Notes under the pieces: generated by a model | The model's database searches: none | Seen by the model: the letters and a program-made list of their open reading frames with translations, nothing else | What the model was told of the DNA's origin: nothing | DNA from: Macrostomum hystrix | Taxonomy: Eukaryota > Animalia > Platyhelminthes | Assembly (NCBI GenBank): GCA_950097015.1 | Contig: CATNEN010000024.1 | Coordinates: 3,038,001-3,102,000 of the forward strand | Direction: 5' to 3' | DNA: 64,000 bases | Shown: one piece after another, positions 1-41,100 of the stretch | Numbering within the stretch: position 1 is the first letter of the stretch | Layout: each line of letters starts with the position of its first letter | Made by a program: the position numbers and the translations under genes

Positions 1-425
1 AGCTCATCCCGCATGGTGTGGCTGTCACTGTCATCTGCGAAGAACTGGAGCAAGTTGCCCACCGGCTGCGATCCGTGTGCCCAGGGCACCGGGACAAAGT
101 TCTTCTGTTTGACAATGCCCGACCACACAAGGCTAGAATCACCAAAGCCAAACTCGCGAGCCTCGGCTTCAGCGTTTTGCCTCACCCACCTTACTCGCCG
201 GAACTCTCGCCATGTGACTACCATGTGTTCGGATCCCTCCAGAACTTCTGTGATGGTCAGCGGTTTGCGAACAAGCAGCATGTGGAGTTAGCAGTGCAGG
301 AATGGATCGACTCTAGGCCAAGGAGCTTCTGTAACTATGTTACATCGTTTTAATCTGTTGACTTTGAATTCGAAAGTTGACTATGTTGATGCAATGAAAT
401 TCCGGAAACTTTTGGCTCACCCATA
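1..425 (+). mobile_element. Tc1/mariner (mariner-type) transposon, defective 3' part, in a PKC intron
   Basis: ORF 18-353 has the mariner catalytic motifs LLFDNARPH and HPPYSPELSPCDYHVF. The C-terminus is disrupted, and a residual D-Y-V-D sits out of frame near 378-390. A right TIR-like segment at about 399-423 (reverse complement TGGGTGAGCCAAAAGTTTCCGGAA) is followed by TA at 424-425. Confidence 0.85.
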
Positions 426-1094
426 GATAAAATTTTCCGACCTCCATGATGAACAACTAACTTTCAATGCCATTCGAGTCAGCATCGTCGAGTTTTTTAA
501 ACACCCCCCTGCTCTTTCTACTGCTCAGTGCTAGCAGCAGTCACCTGCTTTTTAGCACACTCCTTTTAATCATCCTGGCCTCTAAATTAGGTTTATCGCA
601 AATACCTTATCACTTCTCTCCCTCTCCTCTCTTTCTCGACCTCATCTTAATCCGCTTCACCTTCCGTTCAAAGCCACCCAATTCCCAATAATCTTCCCCT
701 CGACCCGCCCCTCAGTGATCCGACCTTCTAGATCGATTCCCGCCCCCAATGCTTCCAAGGTCCGCAAATACTTTATCTCATCTGTGACCCGCCTAGAAAC
801 ATTATAAATATATATACAAGTGTATATAGGAAAAATTCCAGCAGTTCCATTCGACAGCTGAAATTGGAGGCTGAGCCAAATGCTCCGACTCTTCTCAGTT
901 CATAAGCAGCCGGGACATGGAAGGGGGCAATGAGTGAATAATTTACAACTGCCAGAAGGACTCACTCTTGTCTCCCCTTGGCAACAACCCCCCCCAATGT
1001 CCCTGGAGTGATCTCCATCACAGAAGCTCGTGTGGGACCTCGAGGGCAGCGTCGCTTCATGCAGAGTAAAATTCGATTAATTAAATCGACCAGG

Positions 1095-1107
1095 AGCAGC
1101 AACAGCA

Positions 1108-1141
<34 letters not shown>
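1095..1141 (+). repeat. (CAG/CAA)n microsatellite
   Basis: Read directly from the sequence. Confidence 0.9.
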
Positions 1142-1142
<1 letters not shown>

Positions 1143-1529
1143 TGCTGTCGACCGGAGAGATAAAGAGGAGAAGAAATGATAGACATAAACAAGAATAAAT
1201 GGATAGAGTTTGAAGAAAGGTTTGCGAGAAAATTGTTAAGTGTCGTATCTGAGACTGGACGCATTTGGCTTTGAATAATAATTTAAAAAATTCTCGCTGC
1301 AATTCTGTTTCAGATGTGGCCAGCTTCTCAAAGCTTTGCCCTCTAAATCCGTTATGAAATCAGCTGCCTCAGCCTCACGGGAATTCTCAAATGGGATTTT
1401 CTATCTGCAAATAGAGAGTCGGGTAAGACTGGGCGAAAAGAACAGGAAAAATGTACGAAAAAACGGAAAGTTTAGATGAATATTTCAAAAGTAGAGACTA
1501 CAGTTGGAAATAACTGAGCTAGAACTGTA

Positions 1530-2813
1530 CTGTCACTAGATCAGTGACAGTCTATCCCACTAGATCAGTGACAGTCTATTCCACTAGATCAGTGACAGTC
1601 TATCCCACTAGATCAGTGACAGTCTATCCCACTAGATCAGTGACAGTCTATCCCACTAGATCAGTGAAAGTCTATCCCACTAGATCAGTGACAGTCTATT
1701 CCACTAGATCAGTGACAGTCAATCCCACTAGATCAGTGACAGTCTATCCCACTAGATCAGTGACAGTCAATCCCACTAGATCAGTGACAGTCTATCCCAC
1801 TAGATCAGTGACAGTCTATTCCACAAGATCAGTGACAGTCTATCCCACTAGATCAGTGAAAGTCTATCCCACTAGATCAGTGACAGTCTATTCCACTAGA
1901 TCAGTGACAGTCAATCCCACTAGATCAGTGACAGTCTATCCCACTAGATCAGTGACAGTCAATCCCACTAGATCAGTGACAGTCTATTCCACTAGATCAG
2001 TGACAGTCTATCCCACTAGATCAGTGACAGTCTATTCCACTAGATCAGTGACAGTCTATCCCACTAGATCAGTGACAGTCTATTCCACTAGATCAGTGAC
2101 AGTCAATCCCACTAGATCAGTGACAGTCTAACCGACTAGATCAGTGACAGTCTATTCCACTAGATCAGTGACAGACTATCCCACTAGATCAGTGACAGTC
2201 AATCCCACTAGATCAGTGACAGTCAATCCCACTAGATCAGTGACAGTCTATTCCACTAGATCAGTGACAGTCTATCCCACTAGATCAGTGACAGTCTATC
2301 CCACTAGATCAGTGACAGTCTATTCCACTAGATCAGTGACAGTCTATTCCACTAGATCAGTGACAGTCTATCCCACTAGATCAGTGACAGTCTATTCCAC
2401 TAGATCAGTGACAGTCTATCCCACTAGATCAGTGACAGTCAATCCCACTAGATCAGTGACAGTCTATCCCACTAGATCAGTGACAGTCTATCCCACTAGA
2501 TCAGTGACAGTCTATCCCACTAGATCAGTGACAGTCTATTCCACTAGATCAGTGACAGTCTATTCCACTAGATCAGTGACAGTCTATCCCGCTAGATCAG
2601 TGACAGTCTTTCCCACTAGATCAGTGACAGTCTATCCCACTAGATCAGTGACAGTCTATTCCACTAGATCAGTGACAGTCTATCCCACTAGATCAGTGAC
2701 AGTCAATCCCACTAGATCAGTGACAGTCTATCCCAGTAGATCAGTGACAGTCTATCCCACTAGATCAGTGACAGTCTATTCCACTAGATCAGTGACAGTC
2801 TATCCCACTAGAT
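1530..2813. repeat. 24-bp minisatellite ACTAGATCAGTGACAGTCTATCCC
   Basis: About 53 near-identical units. Confidence 0.97.
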
Positions 2814-2874
2814 AGACTCCCTGATTCTCTATCATCAGGGGTAGTTAGAGAAGACTTTAACGCTGTTAACTCAC

Positions 2875-30876
<28,002 letters not shown>

Positions 30877-32126
30877 TGTAAAGCGTGTCTACGATCTATC
30901 GCGAGCTTTGCAACTATCGATATAAAATAAATTTGTGCGTTTTCAATATTAAATCGAGCTCGATTACATAAAACAGTAAAGTCTGGAGCAAAGGCAAAAA
31001 TACTAAAAACCGAATAAGCACAAATAAACTGTTTATCTCTAAGCTACGGGAAAGTATATTTATTTTTGTTCACCATACACTACAGGTGGGACGAGTGCAC
31101 GACGTAAATTGACTTCACAGATGCAAGTTAAACATGTGCAAATTTTTTGTGTATATCGAGATGAGTTCGTTTATAACGCTTCCTTAATCGTTGCTGGATA
31201 TAGCCTTTATCGTATTTATAAATTGGATGCTTAGAAAAATAACAGTGGCAAAACCTAAAACGGATCATTTTTAAGAATTTTGCAAGGCACTTGTTACTCT
31301 ATTAAAATAATTACTTTATTATTATTTTTTTTTGTTTAATATAAAAAATGTTACATTTAGTTACTCGTACATTACATTAGTCCTTTTCACATTAGTCACT
31401 TGCCGTTTGGTAACGACAAAAAACTTGCTTTTTACGATACCTACTTATCTCTTTTCGTAATAAAGTTTTAAAGAGAATATTTATATTCTAATTGTGAGAC
31501 TTTTAATATCAGTTATATCATTAATCGTTTGACACGCAATGGCCATTAGAAAAGTAAGGGTTCTTTTTTAAAACTCACCTCTTCACTCACCATCCATACA
31601 ATTGACCACGTACAGTTAATATGCCTTTATTTACTACAGAGTTCCTAGCATCCATAAGCACATTAAATTGCGGATTCAGGCACTCAGCTGGGATCAAAGT
31701 TTGACTGATTTTACTAATTAAAAAAAAATAATAAATCACTCGACCCTTTAATTGATACTTTAACAGTTCGATATCACGAAAAATCATTTTGAGCTTTATC
31801 ACTTTAACTTATAGACTAAAACACCCAGTAACTCACTCCTATATATAATATTTTAAATCTGCAAATTCGACACGTACTACCTAAAGTAGTCCTATCACAA
31901 TTATATAAAAAATGTAAGAGCTTGGAAAATCCACTAGGCCTCTTTTGTCCAATCAGAAGTGAGCTCTTCTGAAGTGTGTTATATAATACAACCTTCTGAT
32001 GGTGTGCATCTTAATAAAATCTGTCGCAAGTGTAAATTCGCACTTAAGAATTTGTATGTAAACCAGTTCTTACATGCCAAAATCTAAATTCGGCCCAAAA
32101 TTAAGCAAATTGTCGTGCAAAAGACG

Positions 32127-35100
32127 ATGAACGAGTCTTTGTTCAGCCTTGAATCCAACTCATCAATTAGCAACATAGACCTATGGGAACTGAAGCGCTC
32201 GACACCCATGCTTGTGTTCCTAGCCGCGGCCTATTCAATTGTTTTCACAATGTCCATAGTTGGAAACGCAGCTGTTATAGCGACCGTCTGCCGTATACCG
32301 TCCATGCATACCACAGTAAACTACCTGATCTGCAACCTCAGCTTGGCCGACATTCTCATGACTATTTTCTGCCTACCATTGAACTTTATTGCGAATACAT
32401 TTAGTCGTGAGTTACTCAATTGAATCACTCATTCTCTAAATATTCCAGTTCACTGAATGACCCACTCTGTAAATTACCCGCTCTATGAATGACCCACTCA
32501 CTGAATCACCCACAATCCAAATGACCCACTTTTAGAGTTACTCATTCTCTGAATGACATATTCTCTGAATGACATATTCTCTGAATGACATATTCTCTGA
32601 ATGACATATTCTCTGAATGACATATTCTCTGAATAACATTCTCTGAATGACATATTCTCTGAATGACATATTCTCTGAATGACATATTCTCTGAATGACA
32701 TTCTCTGAATGACATATTCTCTGAATGACATATTCTCTGAATGACATATTCTCTGAATGACATAATATCTGAATGACATATTCTCTGAATGACATAATCT
32801 CTGAATGACATATTCTCCGAATGACATATTCTCTGAATGACATATTCTCTGAATGACATATTCTCTGAATGACATATTCTCTGAATGACATATTCTCTGA
32901 ATGACATATTCTCTGAATGACATATTCTCCGAATGACATATTCTCTGAATGACATATTAGCTCTAAATGACATATTCTCTGAATGACATTCTCTGAATGA
33001 CATATTCTCTGAATGACATATTCTCTGAATGACATATTCTCTGAATGACATATTCTCTGAATGACATATTCTCTGAATGACATAATATCTGAATGACATA
33101 TTCTCTGAATGACATATTCTCTGAATGACATATTCTCCGAATGACATATTCTCTGAATGACATTCTCTGAATGACATATTCTCTGAATGACATATTCTCT
33201 GAATGACATATTCTCTGAATGACATATTCTCTGAATGACATATTCTCTGAATGACATATTCTCTGAATGACATATTCTCTGAATGACATATTCTCTGAAT
33301 GACATAATATCTGAATGACATATTCTCTGAATGACATATTCTCTGAATGACATATTCTCTGAATGACATATTCTCTGAATGACATATTCTCTGAATGACA
33401 TATTCTCTGAATGACATATTCTCTGAATGACATATTCTCTGAATGACATTCTCTGAATGACATATTCTCTGAATGACATTCTCTGAATAACATATTCTCT
33501 GAATGACATATTCTCTGAATGACATTCTCCGAATGACATATTCTCTGAATGACATATTCTCTGAATGACATATTCTCTGAATGACATATTCTCTGAATGA
33601 CATATTCTCTGAATGACATATTCTCTGAATGACATATTCTCTGAATGACATAATATCTGAATGACATATTCTCTGAATGACATATTCTCCGAATGACATA
33701 TTCTCTGAATGACATTCTCTGAATGACATATTCTCTGAATGACATATTCTCTGAATGACATATTCTCTGAATGACATATTCTCTGAATGACATATTCTCT
33801 GAATGACATATTCTCTGAATGACATATTCTCTGAATGACATATTCTCTGAATGACATATTCTCTGAATGACATATTCTCTGAATGACATAATATCTGAAT
33901 GACATATTCTCTGAATGACATATTCTCTGAATGACATATTCTCTGAATGACATTCTCTGAATGACATATTCTCTGAATGACATTCTCTGAATGACATATT
34001 CTCTGAATGACATATTCTCTGAATGACATATTCTCTGAATGACATATTCCCTGAATGACATATTCTCTGAATGACATATTCTCTGAATGACATATTCTCT
34101 GAATGACATATTCTCTGAATGACATAATATCTGAATGACATATTCTCTGAATGACATAATATCTGAATGACATATTCTCTGAATGACATATTCTCTGAAT
34201 GACATATTCTCTGAATGACATATTCTCTGAATGACATTCTCTGAATGACATATTCTCTGAATGACATATTCTCTGAATGACATATTCTCCGAATGACATA
34301 TTCTCTGAATGACATATTCTCTGAATGACATATTCTCCGAATGACATATTCTCTGAATGACATATTAGCTCTAAATGACATATTCTCTGAATGACATTCT
34401 CTGAATGACATATTCTCTGAATGACATATTCTCTGAATGACATATTCTCTGAATGACATATTCTCTGAATGACATTCTCTGAATGACCCACTTTCTGAAT
34501 GACTCATTCTCTAAAAGACCAGTTTTTCAAATGACTGGATCTCCGACTTCGAAAGAAAAAAAGATGAGATTTAAAGCCAAAAATGTTTTAAGGCCTGTTC
34601 TGATGAGCATGAAATTTCGTCATTGCATTTCAAAACTATATTTAGAAACAGACTGACAAACCGCAAGCGTTTGACGATAAAAAATAAAATATTCTATATC
34701 GAAATCTCACATCTGCCGATCATCAAGATTTTGTCAGACTCTGTTCTGAAACAGCGGATTGAGTTACAGCTACGTGAGGATTTCAGGATTTCTTATCCGA
34801 TCCGATCAGTGAACTCTCAGAACTGATCCTCACGGAAATGAAATCCTCACAACCACAGCAGCACAGACTTGGTAGATTTCAAATTTAAATTTAATAAAAA
34901 AATTGCCGAATTGGTTCAATGATCAACTTTTGTTAGCAGAAAACTTATATACCTAATGCTTGTACTTTTTGCCACTTGATTCCCCTACGAAAATCGTTGA
35001 ATATCTCGACGATGTTTTGTGACTCTGGAAGTTGTTTCATCGGATTGAGTGGACACTTTTAGCCCCGTGTTCCAGTCAAAAGACCACAGGAGGCGAATTT

Positions 35101-38100
35101 CTTAAGTACAACATTTTTCATTTTTTCTGTATCTCCCAGAATATTCACTAATCGCCATGAAAATAGATGGACTACAACTTTCCGCTCTATCCGATCAAAC
35201 AACTTCCGGTATCCCAAAACATCGGTATCGTCAAGATATTCAACGATTCTAGTCGGGGTGTCTGGTGGCAACACAGGCATAATTACACTGCTCACAAAAT
35301 TTTATCATGTAAATCGCTGAATAATCACTGACGATGTTGACGTCGGACGGCTTTGAAAGTTGGTTCATCGTATAGGGCGGAAAATGATGATCACTGACGA
35401 TGTTGACGTCGGACAGCTTTGAAAGTTGGTTCATCGTATAGGGCGGAAAATGCTGATCACTGACGATGTCGACGTCGGACGGCTTTGAAAGTTGGTTCAT
35501 CGTATAGGGCGGAAAATGCTGATCACTGACGATGTTGACGTCGGACGGCTTTGAAAGTTGGTTCATCGTATAGGGCGGAAAATGATGATCACTGATGGCG
35601 GACTTTCACGAAAATCGGTCATTCTGTTTCGGAGCTGTCGTGAAGTAGGCAGCGGGTATTGAGATACCCTTGTGGTCTTAAGCAGCTATTTTTCGAGTGC
35701 ATGATTCGTATAACCACTTATTTGAGCATCACACAAACACCAAAAATGAGTCAAATGATGACACTGTGATTGAGCCTTGACTGGTAGGTACTTAGAATCA
35801 TACTAACATAGCTGTGTACATATGCACCTGAATTGCTCACCGTCTGGCAGTGTAACCCTCATGAGTTCAAATGTCCGGGCTTGCCTTCAATTAGCCTTCT
35901 GAATTAAGCTCAGGGACCATGGTACTATAGAGTCAAACATTGACCTACCCATATTGCAATTATCAAACAGTGATCTAGGACACTCCTCAGGCAATGAATT
36001 AATGTCAAAATGCAATATCACCTGCCGTGCGCTTGCTTCTGTTTTATAATTTACCTTACTTTCTTACTTCTCCGGGAATGATTCTGCAGTGCAAGGCAAC
36101 CCGGAGAGAAATCGCAGCTGATATTTATTTTTCAGAAATTAGTCTCCAGCAGCTAGTCGGGTTCCGCCTCTGGCAGTCATAATTAAAGCCGGTTGGTTGG
36201 AATTCTAAAAGAAACGGCAGCCACGTGGCGTAATTGCCTGGCGTGTATCCGACACAGGGCCTCCAATTTTGAAGACAAGACAAGAAGAGCTGGCACAGAC
36301 GAGCCAGCTTCTTGGCGAATCAGTGCGAGCGCATTAATCTGTGCCTCAGATTCGAGTCAGATCATGAGGACGATCTGTTGTCTCACTCTAGCGCGGTAAT
36401 CTCCTGATTGATGAAGACCGGAGAGCCAGCAGTTCACAGCCGGTTGCAGCCAGCAGTAATTGCATCGATTACTTGCTCGGCAATTCTTGTTCCGCGCATG
36501 CAAGCCCGCCCCCAAGAGAAATTAGGAAGGCTCACAAAACAGCGAAACTGGCTCCAATGTGCTGCTGTCGGCAGGCTAACTATAGCTTCAGTAGCTATGC
36601 AAGGATGCTAATTTACTTGGTGGCTTATCCTAGATCATCGTCACTCACAGGCCAAATATATTGGGCTCCGTGCAATTTGACAAAAAACTAATTTCTGCGG
36701 ACTTTTAAATAGAAATATTTCATATTGCACGTGCAACTTGAGAGCGGTATCCACATCACGTGACACAGTCTCCACATTGTTCTCATCATGTGACACAGTC
36801 TCCACATTGTTCTCATCATGTGACACAGTCTCCACATTGTTCTCATCACGTGACGCAGTCTCCACATTGTTCTCATCATGTGACGCAGTCTCCACATTGT
36901 TCTCATCATGTGACACAGTCTCCACATTGTTCTCATCATGTGACACAGTCTCCACATTGTTCTCATCATGTGACACAGTCTCCACATTGTTCTCATCATG
37001 TGACACAGTCTACACATTGTTCTCATCATGTGACACAGTCTCCACATTGTTCTCATCATGTGACACAGTCTACACAGTGTCCACAAAGCTTGAAGTCACT
37101 ATAGCATCAAAAAAATAGGCCCATTAATCTTTTTTCAGACTGGGTGACTGGCCGAGTTCTCTGCAAGGCGATGCCCTACCTTCAAGGAGTCGCTGTGGCC
37201 GCTTCTGTCACAACCCTGAGTAGCATCGCATTTGACAGGTGAGTCACGTCTCACTAATAGTTCTCACCAATTGGGCACTGAATAGTTCTATTTTAAAGAT
37301 GTGTGAGCCTAACATGTCTAACCTGTCTAACAGATTGAGAACCTGTTTATCAGATTGGGTACCTGTCCAACAGATTGGGTACCTGTCCAACAGATTGGGT
37401 ACCTGTCCAACAGATTGGGTACCTGTCCAACAGATTGCGTACCTGTCCAACAGATTGGGCATCTGTCCAACAGATTGGGTACCTGTTTATCAGATTGGGT
37501 ACCTGTCCAACAGATTGGGTACCTGTCCAACAGATTGGGTACCTGTCCAACAGATTGGGTACCTGTCCAACAGATTGGGTACCTGTCCAACAGATTGGGT
37601 ACCTGTCCAACAGATTGGGTACCTGTCCAACAGATTGGGTACCTGTCCAACAGATTGGGTACCTGTCCAACAGATTGGGTACCTGTCCAACAGATTGGGT
37701 ACCTGTCCAACAGATTGGGTACCTGTCCAACAGATTGGGTACCTGTCCAACAGATTGGGTACCTGTCCAACAGATTGGGTACCTGTCCAACAGATTGGGT
37801 ACCTGTCCAACAGATTGGGTACCTGTCCAACAGATTGGGTACCTGTCCAACAGATTGGCAATTTATCTAACAAATTAGGATCCGTTTCTAACAGATTGGC
37901 AACCTGTCTATCAGAAAAAAATCTGAGCCTAATCGATTCTGGCACAAAAAATCACCAGTTGAGGAACACTGGAAACTTTAAAAATATTTTTCCTGTTGCT
38001 ACCCTTGAACAATGGTCCACCCAGATACCTGGCTGTTTGTCGGCCATTGCGTCGGCACTTCACCAAGACGCAGACTTTGGCCTTCATCGCTATCCTGTGG

Positions 38101-41100
38101 ACCTACGTGTCGTTGGTGCTACTGCCATGGGCCATCAATTATGATCTTGTAATGATCAGCAGGGGGAACCGGAGCCACCTGATGTGCTTGAACACAATGA
38201 GACCCGAGAACAACAGGGCGTTCCAGTACGGCGTGATCTTCGCCCTGCTGTACGCTGCGCCTCTCGTCTTTATAGCCGCCTGCTACGGCCTCGTGGCTCG
38301 CAAGCTCAGCAGCAGGACGGCCGTCAAGAGGGAGCTCTACCTCAGAAGGTGAGCACCACAGCGTTCAAATCAGGAACATTAACATTAAAACAGCCTACAC
38401 CCGCCACCCCATTATAGCAGCCTACACCGCCACCCCATCACAGTAGCAAACACTGCCACCCCATTATAGCAGCCTACACCGCCACCCCATTATAGCAGCC
38501 TACACCGCCACCCCATTATAGCAGCCTACACCGCCACCCCATCACAGTAGCAAACACTGCCACCCCATTATAGCAGCCTACACCGCCACCCCATTATAGC
38601 AGCCTACACCGCCACCCCATCACTGTAGCAAACACTGCCACCCCATTATAGCAGCCTACACCGCCACCCCATTATAGCAGCCTACACCGCCACCCCATCA
38701 CTGTAGCAAACACTGCCACCCCATTATAGCAGCCTACACCGCCACCCCATTATAGCAGCCTACACCGCCACCCCATCACTGTAGCAAACACTGCCACCCC
38801 ATTATAGCAGCCTACACCGCCACCCCATTATAGCAGCCTACACTGCCACCCCATCACTGTAGCAAACACTGCCACCCCATTATAGCAGCCTACACCGCCA
38901 CCCCATTATAGCAGCCTACACCGCCACCCCATTATAGCAGCCTACACCGCCACCCCATTATAGCAGCCTACACCGCCACCCCATCACTGTAGCAAACACT
39001 GCCACCCCATTATAGCAGCCTACACCGCCACCCCATTATAGCAGCCTACACCGCCACCCCATCACAGTAGCAAACACTGCCACCCCATTATAGCAGCCTA
39101 CACCGCCACCCCATTATAGCAGCCTACACCGCCACCCCATCACTGTAGCAAACACTGCCACCCCATTATAGCAGCCTACACCGCCACCCCATCACTGTAG
39201 CAAACACTGCCACCCCATTATAGCAGCCTACACCGCCACCCCATTATAGCAGCCTACACCGCCACCCCATTATAGCAGCCTACACCGCCACCCCATTATA
39301 GCAGCCTACACCGCCACCCCATCACAGTAGCAAACACTGCCACCCCATTATAGCAGCCTACACCGCCACCCCATTATAGCAGCCTACACCGCCACCCCAT
39401 CACTGTAGCAAACACTGCCACCCCATTATAGCAGCCTACACCGCCACCCCATTATAGCAGCCTACACCGCCACCCCATCACAGTAGCAAACACTGCCACC
39501 CCATTATAGCAGCCTACACCGCCACCCCATTATAGCAGCCTACACCGCCACCCCATCACTGTAGCAAACACTGCCACCCCATTATAGCAGCCTACACCGC
39601 CACCCCATCACTGTAGCAAACACTGCCACCCCATTATAGCAGCATACACCGCCAACACATCACAGCAGCAAACACCGCCACCCGAATTTAGCAAACGACA
39701 CCCGCCACCCCATTATAGCAGCCTAGACCGCCACCCCATTATAGCAGCTTAGACCGCCACCCCAATTTAGCAGCCGACACCCGCCACCCCATTATAGCAG
39801 CCTACACCGCCACCCCATCACAGTAGCAAACACTGCCACCCCATTATAGCAGCCTACACCGCCACCCCATTATAGCAGCCTACACCGCCACCCCATCACT
39901 GTAGCAAACACTGCCACCCCATTATAGCAGCCTACACCGCCACCCCATCACTGTAGCAAACACTGCCACCCCATTATAGCAGCATACACCGCCAACACAT
40001 CACAGCAGCAAACACCGCCACCCGAATTTAGCAAACGACACCCGCCACCCCATTATAGCAGCCTAGACCGCCACCCCATTATAGCAGCTTAGACCGCCAC
40101 CCCAATTTAGCAGCCGACACCCGCCACCCCATTATAGCAGCCTAGACCGCCACCCCATTACAGCAGCCTACACCAACCACCTCATTATACGAGTAGAAGC
40201 CTACACCGCCACCCCATCACAGCAGCCTACACCAACCACCTCATTATACGAGTAGCAGCCTACACCGCCACCCCATCACAGCAGCCTACACCCACCCCCT
40301 CATTATACGAGTAGCAGCCTACACCGCCACCCCATCACAGCAGCCTACACCCACCCCCTCATTATACGAGTAGCAGCCTACACCCCCCACCCCATTGTAG
40401 CAGCCTGTACCCTCCACCCCATAATTGCAGCCTCTACCCACCACCCCATCACAGCAGCCTCCACCCACCATCCCATTAGATCAGCGTCCACCCACCACCC
40501 CATCATTGGGGCCTAGCCTTCACCCGACACCCCATCACAGAATTCTTCGCAGATTGCACCTAAAATATTCCTTTTGGTTATATAGTATCTGGGAAAATCT
40601 GTTACTTCCAATTAAAGCAGCTAGTTGAAGCAAATCTTATTTAGATTGGCTAGTGCCAAAACAAATCTCGGTAAACATATTTTTGTTTGAAGAAAGTTCA
40701 ATTCAGGCCAGATTTTTCCCGCCGCATTGATGCTTTGTCAATAATTTGCACGCACCAGTTTCTGTGTGGGACAGATAGGACAGATAGGACATTACTCACG
40801 AGGCTATCAGAACTAAGTCCAGGTTCTAGGTCAGCCAAATGGCCCTCATAACATATTGCGCTGTGATTGATTTTCGTCTTGATGAGCTGTTGACAGCTGC
40901 AGGAAAGCTGTGCGTGGGAGTTCAGTGCGAGCCCTCACGTCTTCCATTAACTAGTAAATATTCCCAAAAGATACATCGTTTATTAGGTAGGACCATATTT
41001 TCTGTAGAATGTTTTTTACAAGTAACATTTTTGAACGCTGCTACTTTAGCAAGTTTCTCAGCAACAGGCTGATCTGTTTAACCCTCCGGTGAAATCGAAA

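Noticed and set aside
962-1302. ORFs with poly-L, poly-C or poly-S, and a GTGAG donor near 965
   Set aside because: They are driven by the CAG microsatellite and do not encode the next expected PKC exon (FYAAEI...).
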